Positions 49,926-63,354 of a DNA stretch of 64,000 nucleotides are shown here, one piece after another. Position numbers and translations under genes: made by a program. This stretch comes from Mobula hypostoma (lineage: Eukaryota). The DNA lies in assembly GCF_963921235.1 (NCBI RefSeq), contig NC_086101.1, forward strand, positions 4,218,001-4,282,000, in the 5' to 3' direction. Below the pieces are notes generated by a model. That model worked only from the letters and a program-made list of their open reading frames with translations. It searched no databases and was not told where the DNA came from. Numbering within the stretch: the stretch's first letter is position 1; each line of letters starts with the position of its first letter.

Positions 49926-51585
49926 GGGGAATGAGTCTCCACAGCCTCCATCCCCCGACCCACGTCCTAGACTTGCAGACTCGCAGGCTCGCAGGCAGGC
50001 TAATCGGGAGAAAGGTCAGCATTCAGAAGACAGCAAATCCTTGGGATTGTCCACCCCGCAGAGCACACTGAACGTACACCATAGGCCATTCAGCCCTTCT
50101 GTTTAGTAGGATGGTTCCTTAAGGTTGTCATAGCCAGGCATGTTAGTGGGGATAAGTTCCCACTACCTATTAAGTACTCCTGAAGGCATGTGTCTCAAAT
50201 AGCCTCTGACAACCAAGTCCATCTCCTGGCCTTCATTTTCTACTGATAGGAGAAAGGGCACTGGTGGGTGACGGGTGCCTTAAAACCAGACGCTTGGGCT
50301 CATCAGCTGTGGTTGGAAGGAAAACTTCTGCTGCCTTTGGCTATACCCACTCTTGAGGAAGACTTCAGGAGTAAACCTCAAGGCAAATTCCACAGCTGGA
50401 GTCTCTATAGTTGGAGCTCAATGCTGACTGGCAACTCCTGCTGAACTGTATTGGCTCTCTACCGTTCCTGTGTGGGGAGGGGGAACTCCTCATCGTACCG
50501 CCCTGGCTCACGAATCAAACGCAGACAGCTAGGACATAACACGCATGGTCAACCCCAACCAAAGCAGTGCCTCTCAGTAGGATGACGACCGGTCTGAACG
50601 TAACATCAGCTGCATACCTCTGCCTTAATGCTCACAGGTTCTGCTTTCAGAGATTGGTACAGGTCAAATGACCACCTGACAGTAAACACGATCTCCTCAT
50701 CTCTGTTAGGAATGTGTGGCCCCCTTGTTGTAGATTCTCCCACAAGAAGAAATCCCCTCTGCTCCACCACTTTCTAAACATTGCTGAGAACGCTTCAATC
50801 AAGTGTTAAAGAGAGAAGATCAAGATTAGCTTTATTCGTCACACGTACACGGAAACATAGTGATATGGAATGGCCAACGCAGTACGCGGGTTGTGCTGGG
50901 GCAGACCGCAAGTGTTGCCATGCTTCAGGTACCAACATGGCTTGCCAGTAACCCTAACCCAAATGTCTGGAATGTGGGGCGAGACCACGGCACCCGGAAG
51001 AAATCCAGTCACGGGCAGAACATACAGACTCCTTACAGGCAGCGGCAGGCACTGAACGCCAGTCGTTGGCGCTGTATAGCGACACGCTACTATGCCTCTC
51101 TCTTATTTCAATACCATTATGTGGAAGTTCCATATTATTTGTTCAGCCTACGATGGATAAAAGCCAATTGTGACCACAGGAGCAGCCCACCCATCTTAGT
51201 CTAAATTTACACCCGATGCACCTCTTTGCTTCTTCTGCACAACTTACTTAAATGAAAAACCTATTTCTGATTTTATTATTATTATGTATTTCAATGTAGT
51301 GCTGCCACAAAACAACAACTTTCACGACACATACCAGCGATATTAAACCTGACTCTGATTCTCTACGTACCAAGTGCTCATTTTCAAGGCACTTACACCC
51401 TGTCGAGATACAACAGGAAGCAAGCTTGACTTGACAAGCAAACCTCCCCTGGTCAGATCAACACACACAGAACACTGGAAGAACTCAGCTGGTCAAACAG
51501 AATCCTTGGAGGGGAATATACAGTCAACGTTTCCAGCTGAGATCCTTCAACACGACTGGAAAGGAAAGGGGAAGAAACCAGAATA

Positions 51586-52302
51586 ATGTGTACAGTTCTG
51601 GTCATCAAATTATAGGAAAGATGTCAACAAAATTGAGAGAGTACAGAGAAGATTTACTAAAATGTTGCTTGGGTTTCATCACCTAAGTTACAGAGAAAGG
51701 TTGAACAAGTTGGGTCTTTATTCTTTGGAGCGTAGAAAGTTGAGGGGGGACTTGATTTAGGTATTTAAAATTATGAGGGGGATAGATAGAGTTGACGTGG
51801 ATAGGCTTTTTCCATTGAGAGTGGGGGAGATTCAAACAAGAGTCATAGTCGTACTTTATTGATCCCGGGGGAAATTGGTTTTCGTTGCAGTTGCACAATA
51901 ATAAATAGTAATAGAACCATAAATAGTTAAATAGTAATATGTAAATTATGCCAGTAAATTATGAAATAAGTCCAGGACCAGCCTATTGGCTCAGGGTGTC
52001 TGACCCTCCAAGGGAGGAGTTGAGGACATGAGTTGAGAGTTAAAGGGCAAGAGTTTAGGGGTAACATGAGGGGGAACTTCTTTACTCAGAGAGTGGTAGC
52101 TGTGTGGAACGAGCTTCCAGCAGAAGTGGTTGAGGCAGGTTCAATATTGTCATTTAAACTTAGATTGGATAGCTATATGGACAGGAAAGGAATGGAGGGT
52201 TATGCGCTGAGTGCAGGTCGGTGGGACTAGGTGAGAGTAAGAGTTCAGCACGCACTAGAAGGGCCGAGATGGCCTGTTTCCGTGCTGTAATTGTTATATG
52301 GT
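51586..52302 (+). mobile_element. CR1 3' end interrupted by a minus-strand LINE tail (~51843-52022)
   Basis: VQFWSSNYRKDVNKIERVQRRFTKML..; MRGNFFTQRVVAVWNELP; tail tgtaattgttatatgg. Confidence 0.8.
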
Positions 52303-52489
52303 GAATAAGAACGTGGGTGGTGGGGACCAGAACCTTGTCATGATTCGGCGACTTGTGTGTCTCAATGACCCAGTTGGCTGGAGTCAGGGCTGTATGCTTT
52401 GGATGACAAACAGGTCAAAGGGTAGAGGCTAGACACCGAGATCAGACTCAAGACCAACAATCCTGACTGGTCAAACAAACTGGATAAAT

Positions 52490-54572
52490 CTGATTGGTTT
52501 TCAATTATATAAACAGTAAAAGGGAGGTGGAACTTGATACTGGACCACTGGAAAATTATGCTGGTGAGGTAGTAATGAGGGACAAAGAAATGGCAGATGA
52601 ACTTAATGGGTCCCGGACAACTGGAAGATCGCAAATGTCACTCCATTCTTTAAGAAGGGAGGAAGGCGAAAGAAAGGAAATTACAGGCCAGTTAGCCTAA
52701 CCTCAGTGGTTCGGAAAGTGTTGGAGTCTATTATTAAAGATGAGGTTTTGAGATACTTGGAAACCAATGATAATATAAGCCAAAGTCAGCATGGTTTCTG
52801 TAAAGGGAAATCTTGCCTGAGTTCTTCGAGGAAGTAACAAGCAGGGTGGTCAAAGGAGAGGCAGTGGATGTCATTTACTTGGATTTTCAGAAGGCATTGT
52901 AGGGATGACTTACAGCGGACTGAAAAGCTTGAGCATATAGGTATTAAGAAAGGGGATGTGCTGGAGCTTTTGGAAAGCATTAAGTTAGATAAGTCACCGG
53001 GAACTGACAAGACGTATCCCAGGCTACTGTCGAAGGCGAGGGAGGAGATTGCTGAGCTTCTGACGATGATCTTTGCATCATCAAAGGGGACAGGTGAGGT
53101 TCCAGAGGATTGGAGAGTTGCAGATGTTGTTCCATTATACAAGAAAGGAAGTAGAGATAGCCCAGAAAATTACAGACCAGTGAGTCTTACTTCAGTGGTT
53201 GTTAAGTTGATGGAATAAGATCCTGACAGGCAGGATTTATGAACATTTGGAGAGGCATAATATGATTAGGAATACTCAACATGGCTTTGTCAAAGGCAGG
53301 TCGTGCCTTAGAGCCTGATTGAATTTTTTGAGGATGTGACTAAACACATTGATGAAGGTAGAACAGTAGATGTAATGTATATGGATTTCAGCAAGGCATT
53401 TGATAAAGTACCCCAAGCAAGGCTTATTGAGACAGTTAGGAGATATGGGATCCAAGGTGACATTGCTTTGTGGATCCAGAATTGGCTTGCCCACAGAAGG
53501 CAAACAGTGGTTGTGGACGGGTCATATTCTGCATGGAGGTCAGTATTACAGGAAAGATACTGGTAACGACAGAAGAATGGCTGACAGGCAAAAAGGGAGT
53601 GAGTGGGAATAAAAGGGGCCTTTTCTGGTTGGCTGCCAGTGACTAGTGGGAGCGGGAAGCGCAGAATCAAATATCGCTGTGATGATTGTACCTTCTAGTA
53701 TCAATTGTTTGGCCACAATAAAGTACAGGTATAAAGTATAGTGGTGTTCCTCAGGGGTCAGTATTGGGACTGCTACTTTCACATTGTTTGTCAATGACTT
53801 GGATCATGGAATTGATGGCTTTGTGACAAAGTTTGTGGATGATACGAAGATAGGTGGATGGTGCTGATTGCAGCAGGACTTAAGACAAATTGGAAGAATG
53901 GGGAAAAAAGTGGCAGATGGAATAGTGTTGGGAAATGTATGATAATGCATTTTGGTAAAAGGAGCAATAGTGTGGATTATTATCTAAATGGGGAGAAGGT
54001 TCAAACATCAGAGATGCAGAGGGACTTAAGAGCACTCATGCAAAACTTCCAGAAGGTTAATTTACAGGTTGAGTCTGTGGTAAAGAAGAGAAATGCAATG
54101 TTGGCATTTACTTCAAGGGGAACAAAATATAAAAACAAGGAGATAATGCTGAGCCTTTATAAAACACTAGTCAGGCCGCACTTGGGAGTATTGTTGACAG
54201 TTTTGGGCCCCATATCTCAGAAAGGATGTATTGCCACTGGACAGAGTCCAAAGAAGATTCACAAGGATGATTCCAGGAATGAAGGAGTTAACATATGAGG
54301 AGTGTTTGGTAACTTTGGGTCTGTACTCACTGGAATTTAGAAGAATGCATGGGGACCTCACTGAAACCTACCAAACGTTGAAAGGACTAGATAAGGTAGA
54401 TGTGGAGAGGATGTTTCCTGTAGTGGGGGTATCCAGAACTAGAGGGCACACCCTCAAAATTGAGGGACGACCCTTTAGAACAGAGGTGAGGGGGAATATT
54501 TTTAGCCAAAGAGTAGTAAATTTGTGGAATGCTCTGCCACAGACTGCAGTGGAGACTAAGTCCATGAGTATA
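52490..54572 (+). mobile_element. CR1 RT mosaic (old copy with a nested piece of another CR1 subfamily at ~52899-53543); resumes after the Tc1 at 56038-56200
   Basis: Two successive sets of NYRPVSLTS/SQHGF/DFxKAF motifs; KFVDDTK; SRTRGHTLKIEG. Confidence 0.8.
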
Positions 54573-56037
54573 CAGTGGCATGCAAAAGTTTGGGCACCCT
54601 TGGTCAAAATTTCTGTTACTGTGAATAGCTAAGCCAGCAAAAGTTAAAGATGACACACCTCTTTAATATTTTAAGCAAGATTACTTTTTTTATTTCCATC
54701 TTTTACAGTTTCAAAATTAAAAAAAAGGAAAAGGGCCTGAAGCAAAAGTTTGGGCACCCTGCATGGTCAGTACTTAGTAATACCCCCTTTGGCAAGTATC
54801 ACAGCTTGTAAACACTTTCTGTAGCCAGCTAAGTCTTTCAATTCTTGTTTGGGGGATTTTCGCCCATTCTTCCTTGCAAAAGGCTTCTAGTTCTGTGAGA
54901 TTCTTGGGCTGTCTTGCATGCACTGCTCTTTTGAGATTCTCGATGATGTTTAGATCAGGGGACTGTGAGGGCCATGGCAAAACCAGATAGAGTGATGTTT
55001 GCTTCCAGAATTTGCTGGTTTTTAACTGAATTCATTCTTCCCTCTACCAGTGAAATGTTCCCCGTGCCACTGGCTGCAACACAAGCCCAAAGCATGATCG
55101 ATCCATCCCCGTGCTTAACAGTTGGAGAGGGGTTCTTTTCATGAAATTCTGCTCCCTTTTTTCTCCAAACACACCTTTGCTCATTGCAGCCAAAAAGTTC
55201 TATTTTAACTTCACCAGTCCACAGGACTTGTTTCCAAAATGCATCAGGCTTGTTTAGATGTTCCTTTGCAAACTTCTGATGCTGAATTTTGTGGTGAGGA
55301 TGCAGGAAAAGGTTTTCTTCTGATGACTCTTCCATGAAAGTCATATTTGTGCTGGTGTCGCTGCACAGTAGAACAGTGCACCACCACTCCAGAGTCTGCT
55401 AAACCTTCCTGAAGGTCTTTTGCAGTCAAGTTTTGATTTGCCTTTCTAGCAATTCTATGAGCAGTTCTTTTGGAAAGTTTTCTTGGTCTTCCAGACCTCA
55501 ATTTGACCTCCGCCGTTCCTGTTAACTGCCATTTCTTAATTACATTACAAACTGAGGAAACAGCTACCTGAAAACGCTTTGCTATCTTCTCATAGCCTTC
55601 TCCTGCTTTGTGGGCATCATTTATTTTAATTTTCAGAGTGCTAGGCAGCTGCTTAGAGGAACCCATGGCTGCTGATGTTGGGACAAGGTTTGAGGAGTCA
55701 GGGTATTTATAAAGCTTTGAAATTTGCATAACCTAATGATGATTGTGAACAAGCCATAGCCCTAACAAGCTAATTAAGGTCTGAGACCTTGGTAAAAGTT
55801 ATCTGAGAGCTGAAATTTCTTGGGGTGCCCAAACTTTTACATGGTGCTCCTTTCCTTTTTTTCCCCACTCTAAAATTGTACAAAACAAAAATGATACACT
55901 AATCTTGCCTAAAATTTTGCAAAGAATATTTCATCTTTAACTTTATGACTTTTGGAGATCAGTTCATCTTCTACTCACTTAACTGTTCACAGTGACAGAA
56001 ATTTTGACCGGGGTGCCCAAACTTTTGCATGCCATCG
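54573..56037 (-). mobile_element. Tc1 element, same family as 15384-17005, internally deleted
   Basis: TA|cagtggcatgcaaaagtttgggcacc...gggtgcccaaacttttgcatgccatcg|TA. MGSSKQLPSTLKIK..GRPRK..WTGEVKIELFG..SPDLNIIE. The QQDNDPKH segment is missing. Confidence 0.95.
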
Positions 56038-56839
56038 TATTGAAGGCAGCAGTTGATTGTTTCCTGATCAGTCAGTGCATGAAAGGATATGGCGAGAAGT
56101 CAGGTGTATGGGGTTGAGTGGGATCCCGGATCAGCCATGATGGAACGGCGGAGCAGACTCGATAGACTGAATGGCCTAATTCTGCTCCTGTGTCTTTTTG
56201 TCTTAAAACTGTTAACGAAATTGCAATGAAGAATCCTTCTACGTCTGAATGTGATGGTATTCCCGAGTCTCCTCTCGGTACATGCATGACTGACAGTAAT
56301 GAAACCCACGTGGAGGCTACTGACATGATGAAGGAAGCCCTGAACGCCACCAGAGATGGAGGGCCTTCATTGCTGCCCGAAACACCAGTGGCATAACGGT
56401 CAGTCAGCAAGATAGTAGGTGGGGAAAGAAGCACAAGCTTGAGTCAGGGTGAGCTCATGGTCGAAGAGTCGGAGGACAGCAGAGCTCACTGAGGGGAGCA
56501 GTGGGGGGGGCAGGGTCTCGCTGAACCATCAAACAGATTTAAACATCACTCAAAGACACTTCACTGGTGCAATAAATCATAAACACGAGATTCTGCAGAT
56601 GCTGGGAATCCAGACAACATGCTGGAGGAACTCAGCAGGTCAGGCAGCATCTGCAGAGGGGGAGAGACAGTCAGCATTTCAGTGAAGAGCCTTCATCAGA
56701 ACGCGAGGAAGCCAGAACCTCGACAGATCAGCACGTTTCCTTACCCACAGAGATCCACATTGTATACAACGCTTGAGATCTGGTCTCATCACAGCCTCGT
56801 CTAAACGAGGCATAACTTCCCAATTCCCCCAGCAATATA

Positions 56840-58447
56840 GAGTGCCTATAAAAAGTCTTTGCCCTCCTTAGAAGTTTTCATGTTTTATTGTTTTACAATA
56901 TTGAGTAACAGCGGAGTTAAATTTGTCATTTTTTGACTGATCAACAGAAAATTACTCTTTTGTGTCAAAGTGATAACAGATATCTACAAAGTGATCTAAT
57001 TACAAATATAAAACTCAAACTAGTTGATTGCATAAGTATCCACCCCTTGAAGTCCTGCTTAGTAGATGCATCTTTGGCAGAAATTACAGCCTTGAGTCTG
57101 TGTGAATAGGCCTCTATCAGCTTTGCACATCTGGCCACTGCAATTTTTCCCCATTCTTCTTTACAAAACTGCTCAAGCTCTGTCAGATTCCATAGGGATC
57201 GTGAGTGAACAGCCTTTTCAAGTCCAGCCACAAATTCTCAATTGGATTGAGGTCTGGATTCTGAACTGGCCACTCCAGGACATTAACTTTGTTGTTTCTA
57301 AGTTATTCCAGTGTAGCCTTGGCTTTATCCTTGAGGTCGTTGTCTTGCTGGCAAACAAATCTCGCAAGTTACAGTTCTCTTGCACATTGCATCAGGTTTT
57401 CCTCCAGGATTTCCCTGTAGCTTGCTGCGTTCAGTTTACCCTCTACCTTCACAAGCCTTCCAGGGCCTGTTGCAGTGAAGCATCCCCACAGCATGATGCA
57501 GTCACCACCATGCTTCATGGTAGGGATGGTGTGTTTTTGAGGATGTGCAGTTTTTGGCTTACGCCAAACATAGCGTTTCGTCTGATGGCCAAAAAGCTCA
57601 ATTTTGGTTTGGTCAGACCATAGAACCTTCTTCCAGCTGACTTCAGAGTCTCTTACATGACTCTAGCCAAGGTTTCATGTGAGGTTTTCCCAACAGTGGC
57701 TTTCTCTTTGCCACTCTCCCATAAAGCTGTGACAGGTGAAGCACCCGGGCAACAGGTGTATACGCAACCTCTCCCATCTCAGCTAGTGAAGCTTGTAACT
57801 CTCCAGAGTTGTCATAGTGACCTCCCTCACTAGTCCCCTTCAAAATCTCAAATTTTTGAGGACAACTTCTTCTAGGCAGAATTACAGCTGTGTCATATTC
57901 TTTCCATTTCTTGATGATTGACTTAACTAGTACTCCAAGGAATATTTAGTAACTTGGAAATTGTCTTGTATCCATCTCCTAACTTGTGCTTTTCAATAAT
58001 CTTTTTACAGAGTTGCTTGGAGTGTTCTCTTGTCTTCATGGTGTAGTTTTTGCCAGGATACTGACTCACCAGCAGTTGGACCTTCCAGATACAGGTGTAT
58101 TTTTACTACAATCAATTGAAACACGTTGACTGCACACAGGTCTCCAAAAACAGATCTCCATTTAACTAATTAGGTGATTTCTAAAAGCAACTGGCTGCAC
58201 GAGTGATAATTTGGTGTGTCATATTAAGGCGGGGGGGGTGAATACTTATGCAATCAATTACTTTGTGTTTTATATTTGTAATTAATTTAGATCAGTTTAT
58301 AGAGATTTGTTTTCACTTTGACAATGGAAGTCTTTTTCTGTTGATCAGAGTGAAAAAAAGCTGAATTAAATCCACTGTGATTGAATGTTGTAAAACAATA
58401 AAACATAAAAACTTCCAAGGGGAGGTGAATAGTCTTTCCAGGCACTG
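56840..58447 (-). mobile_element. Second-family Tc1 element, decayed
   Basis: TIRs (c/g)agtgcct..aaaag..gaagtttt(c)atgttttattgttttacaa and ttgtaaaacaataaaacataaaaacttcc..ggcactg. Motifs [47 protein letters not shown]. Confidence 0.85.
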
Positions 58448-59399
58448 TCTAACATTCTGATAGCTTTTATAATAGCTAGCAGTACCCTGGATAGCAGCCC
58501 ACTCTACATGCCTTGTAATTAAAGACAATTAAAAAGAACAAAGGACATAATGACGAGTTGCAGGAGTCGGCTATCGGACCCATTATGCCTGCGCTGCCAT
58601 TCAATGAGACAATGGCTGATTTGGCCGTGAACTCAATTCCACCTACCTCCCCTTTTCCCCAGAATCCTTAAATCCCCTGCTGCACAAAAATCTCTCCAAA
58701 TCTGTCTTAAATAAATTCAATAAGGTACCTCTACTGCTTTCCCAGGCCGAGAATTCCAGACGCGCTACTCTCTGGGAAAAGCGGTTTCGCTTCATCTCCG
58801 TCCTACATTTATTTTGCTGAATTGGCACGAGGGCTTAGAGGTCAGAGTAATGTTTTACAACACCAACAATGGCTTCCTCAGAAGGAGTTTGAACGTTCTC
58901 CCGTTGACCTGGCCAATTTCCTCTCCAGATGCTCCGGATTCCTCGCATACGGTCAGGGTTAGGATTATGGAGATGTGGCACTGGAAGCCTGGCAACACTT
59001 GCGCACTGTCGAGCACAATCCTCGCTGACTCAACTGGACGCATTTCACTGGAGGTGTCAATGCATACGTGACAAATATAGCTAATCCTTTATCAAATCTT
59101 GAAGCTATCTTACCCACCAGCGGAGACAACTTTCCTGCCTCTATCTTATCCATCCCTTTCATATGTTTGTACAAGATCCCCTCTGTCTCCTGAAAGCCCC
59201 GGGCGACTCCATGTCTCCTCGTAGGCTCATCCCCTCATCTTTGAAATTGACCGCCTCTAAAGCCAGTTTATCTGTCTTCATATAAGGAAACCAGCTTTGT
59301 TTAGAGACAGTGCAGAATGGCACCCTCCAGCCTTTTGAGCTGCACCGCCAGCAACTCAGCAATTTAACCCAATAGCCAACACCATAGCCTAATCATGGG

Positions 59400-59711
59400 G
59401 GTGTTGGCACGTGGCCAAGTGGTTAAGGTGTTCGTCTAGTGATCTGAAGGTCGCTAGTTCAAGCCTTGGCCGAGACAGCGTGTTGTGCCATTAAGTAAGA
59501 CACTTAACCACATATTGCTTTGTGACGACACCGGTGCCAAGCTGTATGGGTCCTAATGCCCTTCCCTTGGACAACATTGGTGTCGTGGAGAGGGGAGACT
59601 TGCAGCATGGGCAACTGCCGGTCTTCCATGCAACCTTGCCCAGGCCTGCGCCCTGGAAACATTCCAAGGCGCAAATCCATGGTCTCACGAGACTAATGGA
59701 TGCCTAAAAAG
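59400..59711 (+). mobile_element. tRNA-derived SINE with RTE-type tail
   Basis: A box tggccaagtgg, B-box-like ggtcgctagttcaagcc; tail ccaaggcgcaaatccatggtctcacgagactaatggatgcc; TSD tcatggg at 59393-59399 and 59712-59718. Confidence 0.85.
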
Positions 59712-60152
59712 TCATGGGACAATTTACAATGACCAATTAACCTACTAACTGGTACGTCTTTTGACTGTGGGAGGAAACCAGAGCACGCAGAGGAAAGCCA
59801 CGCTTCTATGGGGAGAGTATACAAACTCTTTACAGAAGATGCCGGGATTGAACTCCAAACTCTGATGCCCCAAGCTGTAATACCATTGCACTAATCACTA
59901 TGCCTGCACAGCGCCCAGAATGGCAGCAGTGTGGATAAAAGAGGCAGAAGTAGCTATGATTCTGGAGAAGGACATGACAGACTCAAAGAGATAAGTGGCC
60001 TACTTTAGTTCCTCTTCCTTTGAACAATAAGAGCCACAGTGTCCAACGACAAGGAACTCCACTGCACACTGTCACTGGTTCTTACTGGACCTCTCGTGGG
60101 CCAACGGCATGGAAATGGGTCCTTTGGACCAACTGGTCAATGTCACGCCCCC

Positions 60153-60290
60153 CCCATTTCCCTGCGTTTGGCCCACACCTGTACGTTTGACCCATTTCCC
60201 TGCGTTTGGCCCACACCCGTACGTTTGACCCATTTCCCTGCATTTGGCCCATTTCCCTACATTTGACCCACTTCCCTGCGTTTCACCCAC
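60153..60290. repeat. Short tandem repeat (~19/38-bp unit ccatttccctgcgtttggc)
   Basis: Directly visible. Confidence 0.85.
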
Positions 60291-61289
60291 TACTCTGCAA
60301 ACCTTTTCTGTTCATAATACCACAGGAACACAATTAGGCCATTCAGCCCATCAAGTCTGCTCTGTAGTTTGATTGTAACTGAATTATATTCCCTTTCAAC
60401 CCCATTCTCCTCGACACCGTAGACACATTACTAATCAAGAGCCTATCAATATACCCAATGACCTGGCCACCACAGCCAGCTGCGGCAATAAATTCCACAG
60501 ACTCACTACCTTCTAGTGAAGGAAATTCCTCCTCATCTCTGCTCCAAGCTAAATAAATTCCTCCTCAAGGAATTATCCATGTTCCTGCCCAACTGTTTCC
60601 AAAGTTCAAAATTTATTATCAAAGTACTTATTGTATATGTCACTATATACTACCTCAAGATTATTTTGTTGTGGGCATTCACAGTGAATAGAAAGTAACA
60701 CAAATAGAATTAATGGAAGACTGCACACAAGAGATGGACAAACAACCAATGTACAAAAGACAATCGAAAATAAAAATACTAATAAATAACTGTATATTAT
60801 TAGGGTAATATAAAGGGTAAAATGACATTGATGGCAGTTATATACAGGCCTCCCAACAGCGGCTAGGAGGTGGACCACAGATTACAACAGGAAATAGAAA
60901 AGGTGAGTCAAAAGGGCAATGTTATGGTAGTCAAGGGAGATTTCAGCATGCAGGTCAATTGGGAAAATCAGGTTAGAAATGAGAGTGAGTTTGCTGAATG
61001 TCTATGTGATGGCTTTTTAGAGCAGTTTGTTGTTGAGCCTACTAGGGAATCAGCTATACTGGATTGGGTGTTGTGTAATGAACCAGAGGCAATTAGGGAG
61101 CTTAAGGTAAAACAACCCTTAGGAACCAGTGATCACAGTATGATTGAGTTCAACTTGAAACTGGATAGGGAGAAGGTAAAGTCTGATGTAGCAGTATTCA
61201 GTGGAGTAAGGGAAATCACAGTGGTATGAGAGAGGAGTTGCTGGCAGGGATGTCAGCAGAGCAGCAATGGCATGTGTTTCTGGGAGAAA

Positions 61290-61948
61290 ACGCATTCTAC
61301 AGAGGATGTATCGAGAGCATCCTGAGCAGCTGCATCACTACCTGGTTCGGGAATTGCACCGTCTCGGATCGCAAGACCCTGCAGCAGATAGAGAGGTCAG
61401 CTGAGGAGATCATCGAGGTCTCTCTTCCCGCCATTACAGACATTTACACCACACGCTGTACCCACAAAGCTAACAGTATTGTGAAGGACCCCACGCTCCC
61501 CTCATATAAACTCTTCTCCCTCCTGCCATCTGGCAAAAGGTACCAAAGCATTCGGGATCTCACGACCAGACTGAGCAACAGTTTCTTCCCCCAAGCCATC
61601 AGACTCCTCAATAGCCAGAGTCTAGACTGACATCTACATAATTTATTATCATATTGTAATTTGCCCTCTACTGTGCCTATTGTCTTGTTTATTAATTATT
61701 GTACTGCCCTGCACTGTTTTGTGCACTCTATGTAGTCCTGTGCAGGTCTGTAGTCTAATGCAGTTTTTATGTTTGTTTTACATACTCTAGTGTAGCTTTG
61801 TGCTGTCTCACATTGTCTCGTGTAGTTTTGTGTTGTTTCATGTAGCACCAGGGTCCTGGAGGAATGGTGTTTTGTTTTTACTGTGTTCTGTACCAGCAGT
61901 TTATGGTCGAAATGACAATAAACTTGACTTGGCTTGACTTGACTGACT
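61290..61948 (+). mobile_element. Rex1/Babar-like LINE 3' end
   Basis: FYRGCIESILSSCITTWFGNC..LFSLLPSGKRY..NSFFPQAIRLLN*, a TG-rich UTR, then aataaa and a (cttga)n tail. Confidence 0.88.
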
Positions 61949-63037
61949 TAAAAGTGCAGGACATGTGTATTCCAAAATTGAAGAACTACTCAAATAGTAA
62001 AATAGTGCAGCCATGGCTGACAAGGGAAGTCAAAGCCATTATAAAAGCAAAAGAAAGGGCATACAACAAAGCAAAAATTAGTGGGAAGATAGAGGATTGG
62101 GAAGTTTCTAAAAACCTACAGAGAACAACTAAAGAAATCATTAGAAGAGAAAAGATTAAATATGAAAGCAAGCCAGCAAATAATATCAAAGTGGATAGTA
62201 AAAGTTTTTCCAAGTATGTTAAGAATAAAAGGGAAATGAGAGTGATAGTAACAGGGGACAAGGAAATGGCTGAGGAACTAAATGAGTATTTTGTGTCAGT
62301 CTTCTCTGTGGAAGACACGAGCAGTATGCCTGATGTTGTAGTGTGTGAAGGAAGAGAAGTGGGTACAGTTACTGTTACAAGAGAGAAGATGCTCAAAAAG
62401 CTGAAAGACCTAAAGGTACATAAATCACCCAGACCAGAGGAACTGCACCCTAGGGTTCTGAAAGAGGTAGCATTGGAGATTGTGGTGGCATTAGAAATGA
62501 TCTTTCAAAAATTATTGAACTCTGGCATAGTGCCAGAGGACTGGAAAATTGCAAATGTCATTCCACTCTTTAAGAAAGGAAGAAGGCAGCAGAAAATAAA
62601 TTATAGACCAGTTAGCCTGACGTCAGTGGTTGGGAAGACGTTAGAGTCAATTGTTAAGGATGAGGTGATGGGGTACTTGGTGATACAGGACGTGATAGTA
62701 CAAAGTCAGCATGGTTTCCTTCAGGAAAAATCCTGCCCAATGAACCTGTTGGGAGTTCTTTGAAGAGATTACAAGTAGGATAGATAAAAAGGATGCAGTT
62801 GATGTTGTATATTTGGACTTTCAGAAGGCCTTTGACAAAGTGCCACACATGTGACTGCTTACCAAGTTAAGAACCCACGGTATTACAGGAAATTTACTAA
62901 CATGGTTAGAGCATTGGCTGATTGGTAGGAGGCAGCGAATGGGAATTAAAGCATCTCTTTCTGGTTGGCTGCAAATGACAGGGGTCGATGTTGGGTCCAC
63001 TTCTTTTTATGCTGTATAGAAATGATTTAAATAATGG

Positions 63038-63354
63038 TGCCGTGTGGGCACGTGACCAAGTGGTTAAGGCATTGGACTAGCGACCTGAAGGTCGTGAGTT
63101 TGAGCCCCAGCTGAGGGAACGTGTGTGTGTCCTTGAGCAAGGCACTTAATCACACATTGCTCTGCAACGACACTGGTGCCAAGCTGTATGGGTCCTAATG
63201 CCCTTCCCTTGAACAACATTGGTGTCGTGGAAAGAGGAGACTTGCAGCATGGGCAACTGCTGGTCTTCCATACAAACTTGCCCAGGCCTGCGCCCTGGAG
63301 AGTAAAGACTTTCCAGGCGCAGATCCATGGTCCACAAGACTAACGGATGCCATC
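63038..63354 (+). mobile_element. tRNA-derived SINE with RTE-type tail (sister of 59400-59711)
   Basis: Head gggcacgtgaccaagtggttaaggcattggactagcgacctgaaggtcgtgagtttgagcccc; tail agactttccaggcgcagatccatggtccacaagactaacggatgcc; TSD ttaaat(a/g)atgg at 63027-63037 and 63355-63365. Confidence 0.88.

Noticed and set aside
49774..50100. CpG-rich patch as the ZBTB promoter or first exon
   Set aside because: Mostly explained as the Gypsy 5' leader upstream of the gag ATG; no clear donor site or promoter evidence.
63044..63115. Possible tRNA gene (also 59404-59472)
   Set aside because: The cloverleaf is degenerate and continues into a SINE body, LINE-type tail and TSD, so it is a SINE head.
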